DNA of 64,000 nt from assembly GCF_009914755.1 (NCBI RefSeq), contig NC_060927.1; one strand, 5' to 3'. A program made the translations under genes and the position numbers. This stretch comes from the human T2T-CHM13v2.0 reference genome, Homo sapiens. The notes under the pieces are model-generated. The model saw only the letters and a list, made by a program, of their open reading frames with translations. It was not told where the DNA came from and ran no database searches. Positions within the stretch are counted from its first letter, which is position 1. Every line of letters starts with the position of its first letter. Shown here piece by piece: positions 1 to 14,567 of this stretch.

Positions 1-1567
1 CTAGATAACCTGATTTCCAGATCCACACTGAGCTATCTGCTCCACTCCATGCTGTCAGTAAGGGTCCTGATTTACTCTGGGACCTTTGCCTACCTTCCAG
101 TTGAGTTACAGGGCAAGCGATTTGCACTTTAATGTAGTTGCAAAGTCGGTGAACGTCGTTCCTCTGTGTTCCATTCCCATTGCTAAATGTCATTCATATG
201 TTTCTGGGCCATTTCCCCCCTCTTAAATGCATTTATAGGATTGAAGAATTTACATGAAACTATGTTTGGCTTTAAATGATGAGGAATTTAGTAAATGCAG
301 AAAAAAACCATAAGCACAATGAAAAATCACCAGTAACCCCATTTCCCAAAGCAAACCACTGTTAGCACTTTGGCATATAGCCTTTTCCTACCCTGTAAAA
401 TAGAAAAAAAAAAAGATGTTATTTAGAACAGCAGTGACTAAAGAAGCATCTGCATTCTGGAGGAGTGGCATAATTCATCTCGGGTGCGTTTTTTTGTGTG
501 TTTTTTTTTTTTTTTTTTCAGGCCAGCAATTACTCAGGAGTAATTCTGAATATGGACAACAGAATCCAGATAAACCTCATATTTGAAAAGCCAAATTTAA
601 GACTTGACACATACATCCAAAGATAGGTATTAATCCACAGTTTGCAAGAAGTAAGAATTAGCACCCTATACAAGAAACAAAAAAGGAGAAACAATAATTC
701 AGTCAAATTGTGGCATTGTATCTATTTACGCACAGCAACAACTACCTCTGTTTATTGTCATGCTCATTCAGGTTATAAGAGTGTTACTGCTTTTTGGCTT
801 TACATCTTGTAATACAGTGGTTCCCCACCACCCCCTCCATTGTGATCAAGGACTGAAGCGGGGGGGGGGGGGAAGAGAGAGACTTAGTGAGCCATGACAC
901 AATTAAGATTTTGCATTGTAATGTCTCTCTGGTTTGTTGTGTTTTGTCAAAGACATGCCTGGTATCTATTGTTTTTATTATTTCCAGCTGTCCTAATTAT
1001 TTCTCTCATTTGATTTTAATTCAGCTTTCAAAGAGGAGCTGGCTTGCCAGGTGGTTACTATTTTTTCTAAACTCTTTCAGCTCTAATTAAAAAAGACGTC
1101 CAAAGAAAGTCATTATTTCAGCATTTACTTGTAACATATTTATGACCCCATTGAAGAGGGAGTCACGTGTTCTCAGGCTGATTTCTATTGTTTGCACTGC
1201 ACTCAGGCTCAAGGAGATAAGAAATAGGCACAGCCTTCGGAATGAGTGTGAATTTCTTCTTAAAGGAAAAAAAAAGCTGCTTTCTTCACTGGAAAGAAAT
1301 AAAACGTTGTAATAAGGCAAATGTCGCATATAAATACCCTTAAAAAAGTAGTCCAAATTAAGATTCATTGCTGCTTAAACTTTTAGTTTTCATGAGCTAG
1401 GTTTATTTGTGTTAGATTTTAATAACTGAAATACTAAAGTTGGTGAAAAAGGATATAAAAGGCTGGATCTAGGGACAAAGGGGAACATGAGGCCAAGTTC
1501 AGCTCCTTAGGGTTTGTTGGGCCATTTATTGATTTATTTATCTTTGGGAAGTGAAACAAATAAGTAA

Positions 1568-2167
<600 letters not shown>

Positions 2168-2190
2168 TGAAGGAGACACAAATGTTACTA

Positions 2191-2288
2191 CAGACAGTCC
2201 CAGGCTCACAATGGTTCAACTTCACAATATTTTCGACTTAGGATGGGTTTATCAGGATGGAACCCCATAGTAAGTAGAGGAACATCTG
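2191..2288. mobile_element. Tigger4 (Zombi)-derived miniature DNA transposon, ~98 bp
   Basis: TA|cagacagtccc...gaggaacatctg|TA; both termini resemble the Tigger4/MER46 TIRs; TA duplicated on both sides. Confidence 0.75.
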
Positions 2289-2895
2289 TACCTTGAAAGT
2301 TGGACTTATGGGGTCTCCCAGAGGCCTTGGTATACTCAAATATTTCACAATATAGTCAGCAGCCTGTGCTGCCCCAGGGAGGGTGGGCTCCCGTATAGGC
2401 ATCTGCATTGCTCCCGTTAACTTCGTTAGAAGCATCTACCAATTTGTGCTGAGCACATGAAAGAGCTGGTGAAATTCCTTGATGCTCTCAGCCTGCTTTA
2501 ATGCACACGTATTAAAATTACTTAGCAACAGGGAATCATGTCAAGATGGAGGCCCGCTGAGCCATGGTGTTATTTTTTTGTAAAATGGGGGCTCTGAGAG
2601 ATGGGGCGGATGTGAGGGTTCAATAGTATATGTTTCAAAGCAGGCTTCAATAGATAGAAGATCCTGTCCCTTCCACCCCCAGGTAGGTATTCCAACCTCA
2701 AATTATTTCTCTAGGGTAGGTCAGTGGAAAGTGTGGGTAGAGTCCTTGGGTATTGTAGTGTTGTTACTTGAGGCTATATGTGTCCCTGCTAGACTCATCC
2801 TTGCAAATGGAAGTCACGACTTACGAATAACTTCCAAAGTGTTCTAGGAATGCTTGGGCTAAGACAGTCATTTAAACTTTTAAAAAAGAAACCTA

Positions 2896-3192
<297 letters not shown>

Positions 3193-4205
3193 CTAAGGCT
3201 AGAATTATGGACATGACCTTTTCCCTCTCTTTGAGGAATAGGAGGATAGTTTCTGGAAGAAAGAGCTCAATGCATAAAAACAGTCCTGCACTCAGAATTG
3301 TAAAATGTGTGTTTGAACTGGTTCTAGATGTAGTTTTAAATATTAGCCCTGACACAAGTCGAGTACCATTTTTGTCCTTTCACACAGAAAAACACCCAGG
3401 CTTATCTGATTCAGGCTCAGCACAGCCACGTGTGCCCAGGCACATCCATGCTTCCCATCAGTCATAGCCAGCGGCAGGCTGCTCCCCTCGTGAGCAGTGG
3501 CCCAGGCCAACCACCTCACCTGCTTCCTTTGCTCCACTGTGACCAAGAATGTCTCCATCCTGATTTCTAGGACTCCTCCTTAACCCAGGACTGAGAATCC
3601 TACCTGCCCTCCCTTAGCGAGCACCCAGCTAGTGGTTGAGGAGGAGATTAGAGGCAGGTGGTGGTTTCTTGTTGTTCACTTGTAGGAGGACTCGGATTCT
3701 CGCTATACTGAACTGGGCACCTCAAAAACTCCATCTCCCTGGCTCCCCAACTCCTGTCATTTGGAAGCAAAGGTCTAATTACCAGAATCTCCAGGTTTCT
3801 GGAACTGCCATCCAGAAATGATTCTGGGAGAATATCTTTGTAGCACAGCCTAGATAGAAATAATCGTCTAATCTTGGATTTACATAAAAAGATAATTTTG
3901 TACTCCATTGCAATTTCTAAAATAATTTTTAAAAACTGTGCACTTAAAGCTATTTTTTGCATATGTACGTGATAATGAATATGAGGACCTTTACTTAATG
4001 CTGTTTTAGGCATATGTGTGTGGTAACAGTACAATGGCTTTTGTGAATAAATTAAAATGTAATTATTTGCTAATAACCTAGAGCAGCTTTCTCACCTCGG
4101 GCTTTTCACCCTTTTGTGCCAGCTTAACTTCTGCTCCTCTTCCGGTCCCTTCCTCAAGGAGGCCTTCCCTTACTCTCTGGGCCAGGTGACTTCCCTCTGC
4201 CGTGC

Positions 4206-4561
<356 letters not shown>

Positions 4562-4599
4562 TAATTATTATTAAAGACTTATTAGTGTCAAAGAAGCAG

Positions 4600-4830
4600 C
4601 CAAGAGGCTCCGGGATCATATGGCACACATTTGAGTCTTGGCTGTGTCTCTTATTTGCTTTGTGATGTTGGGTAATTTGTTTCAGTTTTCTGTGTCTCAC
4701 TTTCCCTACATATAAAATAAAGTAATGAAAGTATATACCTGTAGAGTTGTAGCAAGAACTAAATAAAAAATACTCCAGAAAAATTCACACAGAGCCCGGC
4801 ACATAGAATACTTCCATAAATGCAAACTAT
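4600..4830 (+). mobile_element. MIR relic
   Basis: Degenerate MIR core (tgtgatgttgggtaatttgtttcagttttctgtgtctcactttccc...cccggcacatag). Confidence 0.6.
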
Positions 4831-5214
4831 AAAATGTCCTTATTGCCCACTAGACTGAACTGTAAGCTTCATGAGAGGAGGCTTTATGTTTGTCTTGCTC
4901 ATGACTCTGAAGGGCTGAGAGCCTACTGCTTACTGATTGCTTAAATGATGACTAAAAGAAACACCTTTTCTTGCACTTACCTGGGTCCCTAGACTTCCAG
5001 AAATCAAATTTGTTGAGTGAATCTCAACAAGAAGCTATCTAAGGTTGGAAGCTTAATTTAGTCTTATTATTAGTTTTACTCTTTTGTTATTATTTTTATT
5101 AATATATTAATGCATCTTTAATATCTTTAAGATAACATCTCGTATCATACCTTTATCATAACTTTCCTGCCCCCTCCCCAGAATCTTATTGATATGTTGT
5201 ATAAAAGGAATAGT

Positions 5215-5514
5215 GGCCAGGTGCAGTGGCTCATGCCTGTAATCCCAACACTTTGGGAGGCCAACATAGGTGGATCACTTGAGGTCAGGAGTTCCAGACC
5301 AGCTTGGCCAACACTTGGCCAACATGGGGAAACTCTGTCTCTACTAAAAATACAAAAATTAGCTGGGCGTGGTAGTGCGTTCCTGTAATCCCAGCTACTT
5401 GGGAGGCTGACGCAGGAGAATCGCTTGAACCTGGGGGCGGAGGTTGTAAGGTTGCAGTGAGCCAGGATGGCACCACTGCACTCCAGCCTGGGCGACAGAG
5501 CGAGACTCTGTCTC

Positions 5515-5550
<36 letters not shown>

Positions 5551-5555
5551 GAAAA
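5215..5555 (+). mobile_element. AluSx-like element with (GAAAA)n tail and internal microduplications
   Basis: Full Alu; 11-bp tandem duplication cttggccaaca at 5303-5324. Confidence 0.93.
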
Positions 5556-5560
5556 TATCT

Positions 5561-5900
<340 letters not shown>

Positions 5901-6049
5901 AATACAAAGTTGCATTTCTTTTTCTACTTCTTGGTTCATATCACTCTTAAGAAGTAGTCAGAGCTCTTCCTGGTCACAGCTCTTGAGCCCAATATACCAT
6001 CTGCCTCCTCCTCCTATTTTAGCCATCTCAAATCTTTTATAGACTCACA

Positions 6050-6210
6050 GCCTCAAATGTGTTGGCACTGAATAGGACCTTAGGGATCCAAGGCCAGCTC
6101 CATCATTTTACAGATGAGAAAATTGAGCCTCAGAAAGGGAAGTAATTGCCCAGCATCCGGAGCTAGTTAATGGAAGGGCTGAGACCAGACCACTGGACTC
6201 TTAATTGAGC
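6050..6210 (-). mobile_element. MIR relic
   Basis: cattttacagatgagaaaattgagcctcagaaagggaagtaattgccc MIR core. Confidence 0.7.
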
Positions 6211-9200
6211 TCTCCTGCCAATATGCCACACCCCCATTGCTTTGCATTGACATCACTCAACTTTTTAAAAATTTTCTTTAACACATTATAGATCTTCTTT
6301 TACTAGAGAACATTAACATTTCCTTTAAGAGATGTTAAACTGACCAGGTTTTCTTGCTTTCTTTTTCTTCTTTTTTCTTACTTAGGGAATCTATTTAGGT
6401 TACTCTTTGGGTCTGAATCGGGTCTGTAGAACTGAATTGCTTGGTGAAGTTAGGCCAATATTCAGCTAGAAAATAACCCACATAAGTTGTGCAGTGTTCT
6501 GCTCAGACAGTTAGCAATGATGCCCCAAATTCCCAAATCATACAGGGAGCATTGAGATCCAACATTTAGCCTTTCTAAAATGAATTTTAGATAGTCTTTT
6601 CCTGGAACAGTCTCTTAAGGATTGCTTTGATAGTTATATGGAAAAAAAGATACAATGCTACTGATTTAAATAGAAGACAGATTAAGAATCTGAAGTGTCA
6701 TTATATCTTTTAGCAGGCAAACTCACAAATGGAGTAAGTTTCGAAATAGAATTTGCTGATTGAAATGAGTGAGAAACATTTATAACTTTAGTATCAGAGA
6801 ATGCTCTGGTATAAAAACCTAGGCTATCTTTTAGGGAAGTTACATGTTTCCGCCTTGAGCAGGGTCATCCAACCTCTTCCAAGGCCACATGGTGGCTGAT
6901 CAGAAGGGACAGGTCATTTCCAGCTCACTCACACATTATACCAAGAAGACATTACATTTATTCATCAACTAAAAATCACTAATAACATGTTATTAAAAAA
7001 TAGCAATGAAACCCCAAGCAATAAGAAAAAGCGATCTTTGTGTTCAAAGCTTAAGACATGATAAAAGTCATAAATTGCTAAACTTATGTAATATCCATTA
7101 AAAAAATTATCTAACTGTCACAGCAGAGACCAATTTTTCACCACGCAAAATGTGACATCATCTCTAAAGGCCCCTGCTACGAGAGGCATTTGCCAGTATT
7201 GTGGGTGTATTCTTAAAGGCTAATTAAAAACTTTCAGCCCTTAGGTTTCAACACTACAGTTTTGCTACAGCAAAGTGAGATGGGGAAACTTAAGTCTGAT
7301 GGGCTATGCCAGATGCCAAGGGGCAAAGTTCCAGGCTCTCTTATAATCCAATTGACACATGCAATATTTATTACAGAGCAGCAGGAGTTCATGATTTCAT
7401 CAATAGGCTGGCAGATTAGATGATTTTTTTTCAATTGAATAACTGGTCTACAATAATGGAATTCTATATCAGGTGTGGAATAAGCCAGTGGTCTGTTCTT
7501 TTATACCTCCAGTTAGTGCAGTAAACAAGGTGCCAGAATGGCGTGCTGTACGGGATGGAAAGAACATGCCCTTTTAATGGTTTCCAATAGTGGTTTTGAT
7601 AGTTACTTGAGATCATAAAGCAAACATTAAAAGGGCTACCTTTGCCAGATTTCGTGTGCTTGGGTGACGAGAATGTATAGCTATGGCAAAAAAAAAAAAA
7701 ATTAAGGCAGCTATAAGGGGGTGGCTCTGTTTCTTTCTTCAGAGTAATGTTAACATTTTCTCCATATTTCCTGAATAATTTGCCCTTAACAAGCTAGGAA
7801 TGTTGATTCCTACACATACAATTGGAGTGGATGCTGTGTATAAATTCAGGATGCTCTGGTACCTTCAGGTTCTCCCAAAAATCAGGGGAGATACTAAAAA
7901 TATTTAACTGCTAGTAAGATACAAAATGACCAATCGAATTGGATCCCGGCCAGGATGCTTTACCTGCAGGCAGAATGTAAGCCCTGCCAGGCCTTCTGTT
8001 GAGACATCTTGGGATTTGGCGGTTTTCATCTCTGAACCCACCGATGTCGGGAGGATGCTCAGATGACTCCGAATCTGGGAATTGCCCCAGAGTTGCATGT
8101 TCATTTCCTGCATATTTTTGTGTTATGGGTTAAAAAAGCATGAACAGCATGGCATTTTAGTAAGAACTCTGGATGAAATGACCACAACAGTTTGCATTCA
8201 TGTCCCAACTCTGCTACTTGCCAACCGCATGACTGTGAACAGTACACATGCTCTCCCACTTAACTATAGAATGAAGGAATTGGATGAAAATTCTCCTTTG
8301 CTCCACAGTTCATTTCAGCTTCACACTCATGCCTGCTTGGAGATAATTAATAAAACCTTCCAGCTTTCTGGCTTGTGAAAGTGCATAGTCTCCTGCCAGT
8401 GGAAATTTCTGATTGTTATGCAGTGTCACCCCAGAGATGTACTTGCTTTACCTTCACGAGATCCATATTTCTGCTGGGTGAGTACTATTAGCTAAAAAAT
8501 TTGTCAGGTGTTCAGTGTTCTCTTCTATCTTACAATCTTCCATATCACGTCACATGAAATTGGCACAATTTCTTAAGTGGGAAACATTAAATGTCTAGGC
8601 CTTTAGACCATGCCTCTGAAGGAGAAATGCCACATGGGCAGAAAGTTTTGAAGCAAGTGTGCTGGAGTGAACTGTTGATCTCTTTGCTGTACTGCCAGCC
8701 TTATTATGCACATTTTGAAAGAGGAATAAGTTGACTAATTATGTCACTTTTCTTGTGTTTCTTAAAAGTCATTGAGCACAAAAGAACTGGCCTCGATCTA
8801 TCCATTACTCTAAGCAGTGGCAAGCAAAGACTTCTATCTACTTCTAGTCTCTGCCCAACTGCCATGATGGCCAGCCCTGCTCCAACCCTGCTCCACCAAC
8901 CCTGCTCCTCCTTGCTACTGCTTTTTACTGAGGGTTAAAAATGTCCATTGCCTGACAATTGTTGTGAGGAAGAAAAACTGTTCCTGCCTTCATCACATGT
9001 GGGTAGGTGGACAGGGGCTTGCTTGCCAAGTCCAAATCTTTGTGTGGGGTAAATTACTCCTTACACTGATCGTAAAATAAGCATCTGACATTTCCTGCAA
9101 ATGCTCTATTTCTTAATACAGAGTTAACCTGCCAAAAACATTGTGTTTATAATCTAAATATTTGGATCATAAGCCAAAAGGGTGGGGGAGTCTGTCTTCC

Positions 9201-9539
9201 TCCATATTTTGCACAGTGACATGTCTAAAAATGTTAATTATGATAATAATAAATAATCAGAAAAGAATACGTTGGAGGGAAAGTATGAGGAGTCTGGGAG
9301 GCTAAATTGCATTAGTTATGAGAATTATTTACGGGAGAAAAATGAAGAGATGCCTCTGGATTGCCCATCCCCTTGCAGATATTTTCCTAGTTTTCATACC
9401 CACAAGACATGCTTCATTCTGGGACAGGTGAAAGTGTTGTAAAGACTGATGCCGGGGTATCGGCTGGAACACCACTCAGAAGGTACAAAGCTTCCTGAAG
9501 GTCTAGTGGGGATTATGTTTTGTCTGGGAACAGGTTGAA

Positions 9540-9755
9540 AACCCAGAGCACTGTCTCTGGAGTCAGACGGACTTGGGTTTGGGTCAAGATTCTAACAGTT
9601 CTAAGTGGCCTCTCCTAGCCCATTTCCTCATCTCTGTTACAGGGTTAGTAAATGCTTCTGTGTCAAAGGGCTTGTATGAGCGTTGAATGAGATTGTGCAC
9701 AGAAAATACTTGGCATGATACTTGCATGCAGAAGAACTCAACAAATGTAATGATG
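9540..9755 (+). mobile_element. MIR relic
   Basis: ctctggagtcagacggacttgggtttg...catttcctcatctctgt. Confidence 0.65.
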
Positions 9756-12156
9756 GTGGCGAGGATCACTGGAATCTCCCTCCTTTAATTGACAGCTGCG
9801 CTGGGCCTTCCCTGATGCTCGGGACCTGGTGCCCGGGGCATGCCTTCTGTTGTGCCTTCACTCCTGCAGAGGCATGCCTGCTTCTTTCGTGGACCATATG
9901 TCTCTTTTTCTGAGACAGCCTCAGCTTCAAATATTCTGATCCATTGTTTCCACAAATCAGTGAATTAACAGAGAAGTCCAGTATTTGATATATAGTAACT
10001 GAATGACTCAGGTCAATAATACAATAAAAACATGTGTCACCAAAAAATGAGTCACAGGCTGAAGAATTGATACATTAATGGGGACACATGTGTGCATGCT
10101 AGCCCACATTCGATACGATGATGTGTGTGAATGTGCTGTTGTTTTAGCTGTAAAGGTGAAGAATATTATACTTTTAAAATCTTGCCACATTAGGGGCAAT
10201 GCTGAGGTGATGGACTGTAATGGGGTGGCTAAACGGTGACTATTTCTACTTGCTACTGAATGCACTTGGGGAATTTAAAATAAGTTTGAAATTGTTTCAG
10301 AGGGTCAGAATTATTTTCGTTAAAATTTTAATTTAATTTTATTTTAACATCAAAATGCAGAATGATTGCTAAAATTTGATTGGATAAGACATTTTATAAG
10401 AATTCACAAAATCAGACCAGACCAAATTTAATCTTGAAACGGTGTCTAGACTTTTTATTTGGAAATTATGATTAACATATTGCTAATCAAAATTCCTGAA
10501 GCAGAGGCCTTTGTCTATACTGAAGACTTACAAAGGAGAGTGAGATGTATTTATTTGAGATGATGGCCACAAAGCCCATGTGGCTTGCATTTGATAGAAT
10601 GATAATGGAGTAGCATTCTTAAGCCTGTGATTAATTGCAACAAGCCTTGGAAAGCTACTTGAAAAACTATGCTTTGTTTATAGTATTTATTTCTTTGATT
10701 CAAGAATTGTTCCAGTTGCAAAACTCTCCTAGGGCACATGTTCAAATGATTAATATATTATTTATATGGAAAATAACCTAGAATAACAACTAAACTAAAA
10801 GCAAATAGTTGCCTTAGTACCAACCTATGGCACAAGACCAATTAGGATAAAAAGAAGATGAGATCCCCTTCTTGGCTTTGTGTTCATACATGGTGAGGTA
10901 TCCTCAGAACTATGTGTGATGGTACCCCTCTGGAGGCTGAGATAGAAAGTTCCTTAATGATGGAGACTAACAATCTTTAGCAGCAAAGGAAGAGACTGGG
11001 CGTTTTATACATATATGGTCATGATTTGGAGACTTGTGAGGAAGGCCAAAGTGGATTGGCTGTGGTCTCGGTGTAGCACGATGGAATCTGGTGGCTTAAA
11101 CCTAGCTGTCCACATTTCACTATCTGAAGAGCAGAAAATGTGTTAATAGGAGCCTGGTGAGTGGAGGAGACTGAAGATGGAGAGAGAGCCTGGACCTCAA
11201 CATGAGCATCTGGAGCCATTTGGCAGCATTAGGCTGTGACCGCTTAGAGAACCGAAAGGTAAGATCCTCCGATTAGTTCCTCTTTTTCTGAGTTTATGTT
11301 TGCAAAGCACTTTCTAACTATAAAAGTTTCCTATTTCAGTTTTCAAATAGGGAGAATCTGCACTGACCAATGTTTGGTGTGTTCATCAACTTGGTTATAG
11401 TTGTCAGTGTAAATTAACTCACTGTCTGGATAGAGGGGAGAATGAAATGACTTATTCTGTGCCAAAGAGAGACAGAGTGAAAAACAGACTTCAGAAGGCT
11501 TGAAACTCAGGCCTGTTCTCTGTCTCTAACATGCTTTCATTAGCCTGTAGAAGCTTGAGAGACGCACAGACACATCTTGCAACATCTTCTGGCTTCTCGA
11601 TGTGCATTTATGTGAGTGTGGGAGCCATGCGTGTGTGTATGCTGGGAGAGGAACCCCCATCTCCTCCTCCCCGGCAATGTCCCCGCTCTCTTTAGATCCT
11701 TATGAGTTGACTCAGTTCCCATGGATGGATGCTGTGTGCAGAAGCGGGCCACTGGCCCTGGGCTCCACAGCTGGCTTCAAGCTCTGATCTCTGTGTTCAT
11801 TTCTCTCTGTAATCTCAGTCCCAGCAGACCTCTCATCTTCCTGGGTGATTGAGTGTAGATTCTAGTTTTATTCTTTTAACATTTTTATTTACTGATGAAG
11901 GAAAATCCTAATTTATTTTCTATTGGGAAAAAAAATATGGACCAACCCCATAAAACCAGAACATTGGCAACTACTGCCATTTTGAATCCCAGTTCTACAG
12001 AGTTTGGAGATTTATTAAATTTTTCTAGTTAAAAGAGACCTTAGAGACCTTCGAGTCCACATGAGAACAAAAGAAATATATTTTATATTGCAAAATGCAC
12101 ACACATCCACCCACCAACACAAACAAATATTCATACAGACACACACAACTGAAAAG

Positions 12157-12454
<298 letters not shown>

Positions 12455-13027
12455 AATAAAAGTTTTTAATGAAATAAACTGCTTACTGTATGGGGTTTAT
12501 ATTGATATTTTCTATTCTATTTCATGAAAACTACTACTGGTCACTAACCAATTAAGTTGGTTTTAGAGTCACCTAATTCTGTGTCTGTGGGGTGGGCTTG
12601 CTGTGTTTAACACTTAACCTCTGCTTCAGTCCATCTCCTAATTCCTGTCTTCTTCCAATTGTAGGGGCAGGGACCAAATGGGACTTATCCACCTTATCTG
12701 TCACTGAACTGGGGCGTTATGATGACTAATGCAGAAGGAACACAAAGTAAGCTAGGAAGGCTGGCATGAAAACAGAGAAATGTAATAAGTGCCTGAGAGC
12801 AGAAACAAACCTGGTAGGCAGTAATGCAGCCTCAGGCAGGGCTGGCAAGAATGTTTTGAGTATCCTTTAGAGATCTTCAATGCTGTCAGTTTTCTACGTG
12901 TCACTGAGCTCCAATTCCCTTATCCGGGGCACAGTAGAACCTCCTCTGAGAGAAACTAATGTTGCTGACTGAAGGTCATGGCCAAAATCATGGTGTGCAC
13001 ACACCCCCAGGGTCACATTCTTTCTGA

Positions 13028-13458
<431 letters not shown>

Positions 13459-13587
13459 TTTAACATCATTTCTTAGTGATTATTATGTACCAACATGTTA
13501 TGTACATTATCTTATTTAATTTTTGTATGAATCTTATGAAGTAGGCAATATTTCACTCATATTACAAATGAAGAAATGGAGACTTGT

Positions 13588-13904
<317 letters not shown>

Positions 13905-14270
13905 TTAGATAAGTGATTTGCTGAATGTCACACAACTAGTAAGTGGCAGAGGTAGGATTTGAACTTCAGTCTGCCTCCTTTGTTGTGTCTATTCAACCGC
14001 AATACATACATTGTATTGTGTATGTATGAAAGTGTTCAGATGACCTTTAGATTTGAGGAAACACTTTCATTAGGAAGTTGTACCTCCCCTCATTGCAGAA
14101 TTGCCAGTGTTTTCTGGAGATCTGCTGCCAAAATGGGTTCTTATATCCTGCTGTTCCAGAGACATGTATAGAAACCAGACTAAACACAATAACCTTTCTT
14201 TCAAAGAATGTTTTCTGAAGATAGTAGACAAAGTTTAAAAATTCTCCCAATTGAAAACACTGGTATTTCT

Positions 14271-14567
<297 letters not shown>

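Noticed and set aside
7950-8080. Possible minus-strand exon ending CAG|GTAAAG
   Set aside because: No convincing acceptor and no recognisable peptide.
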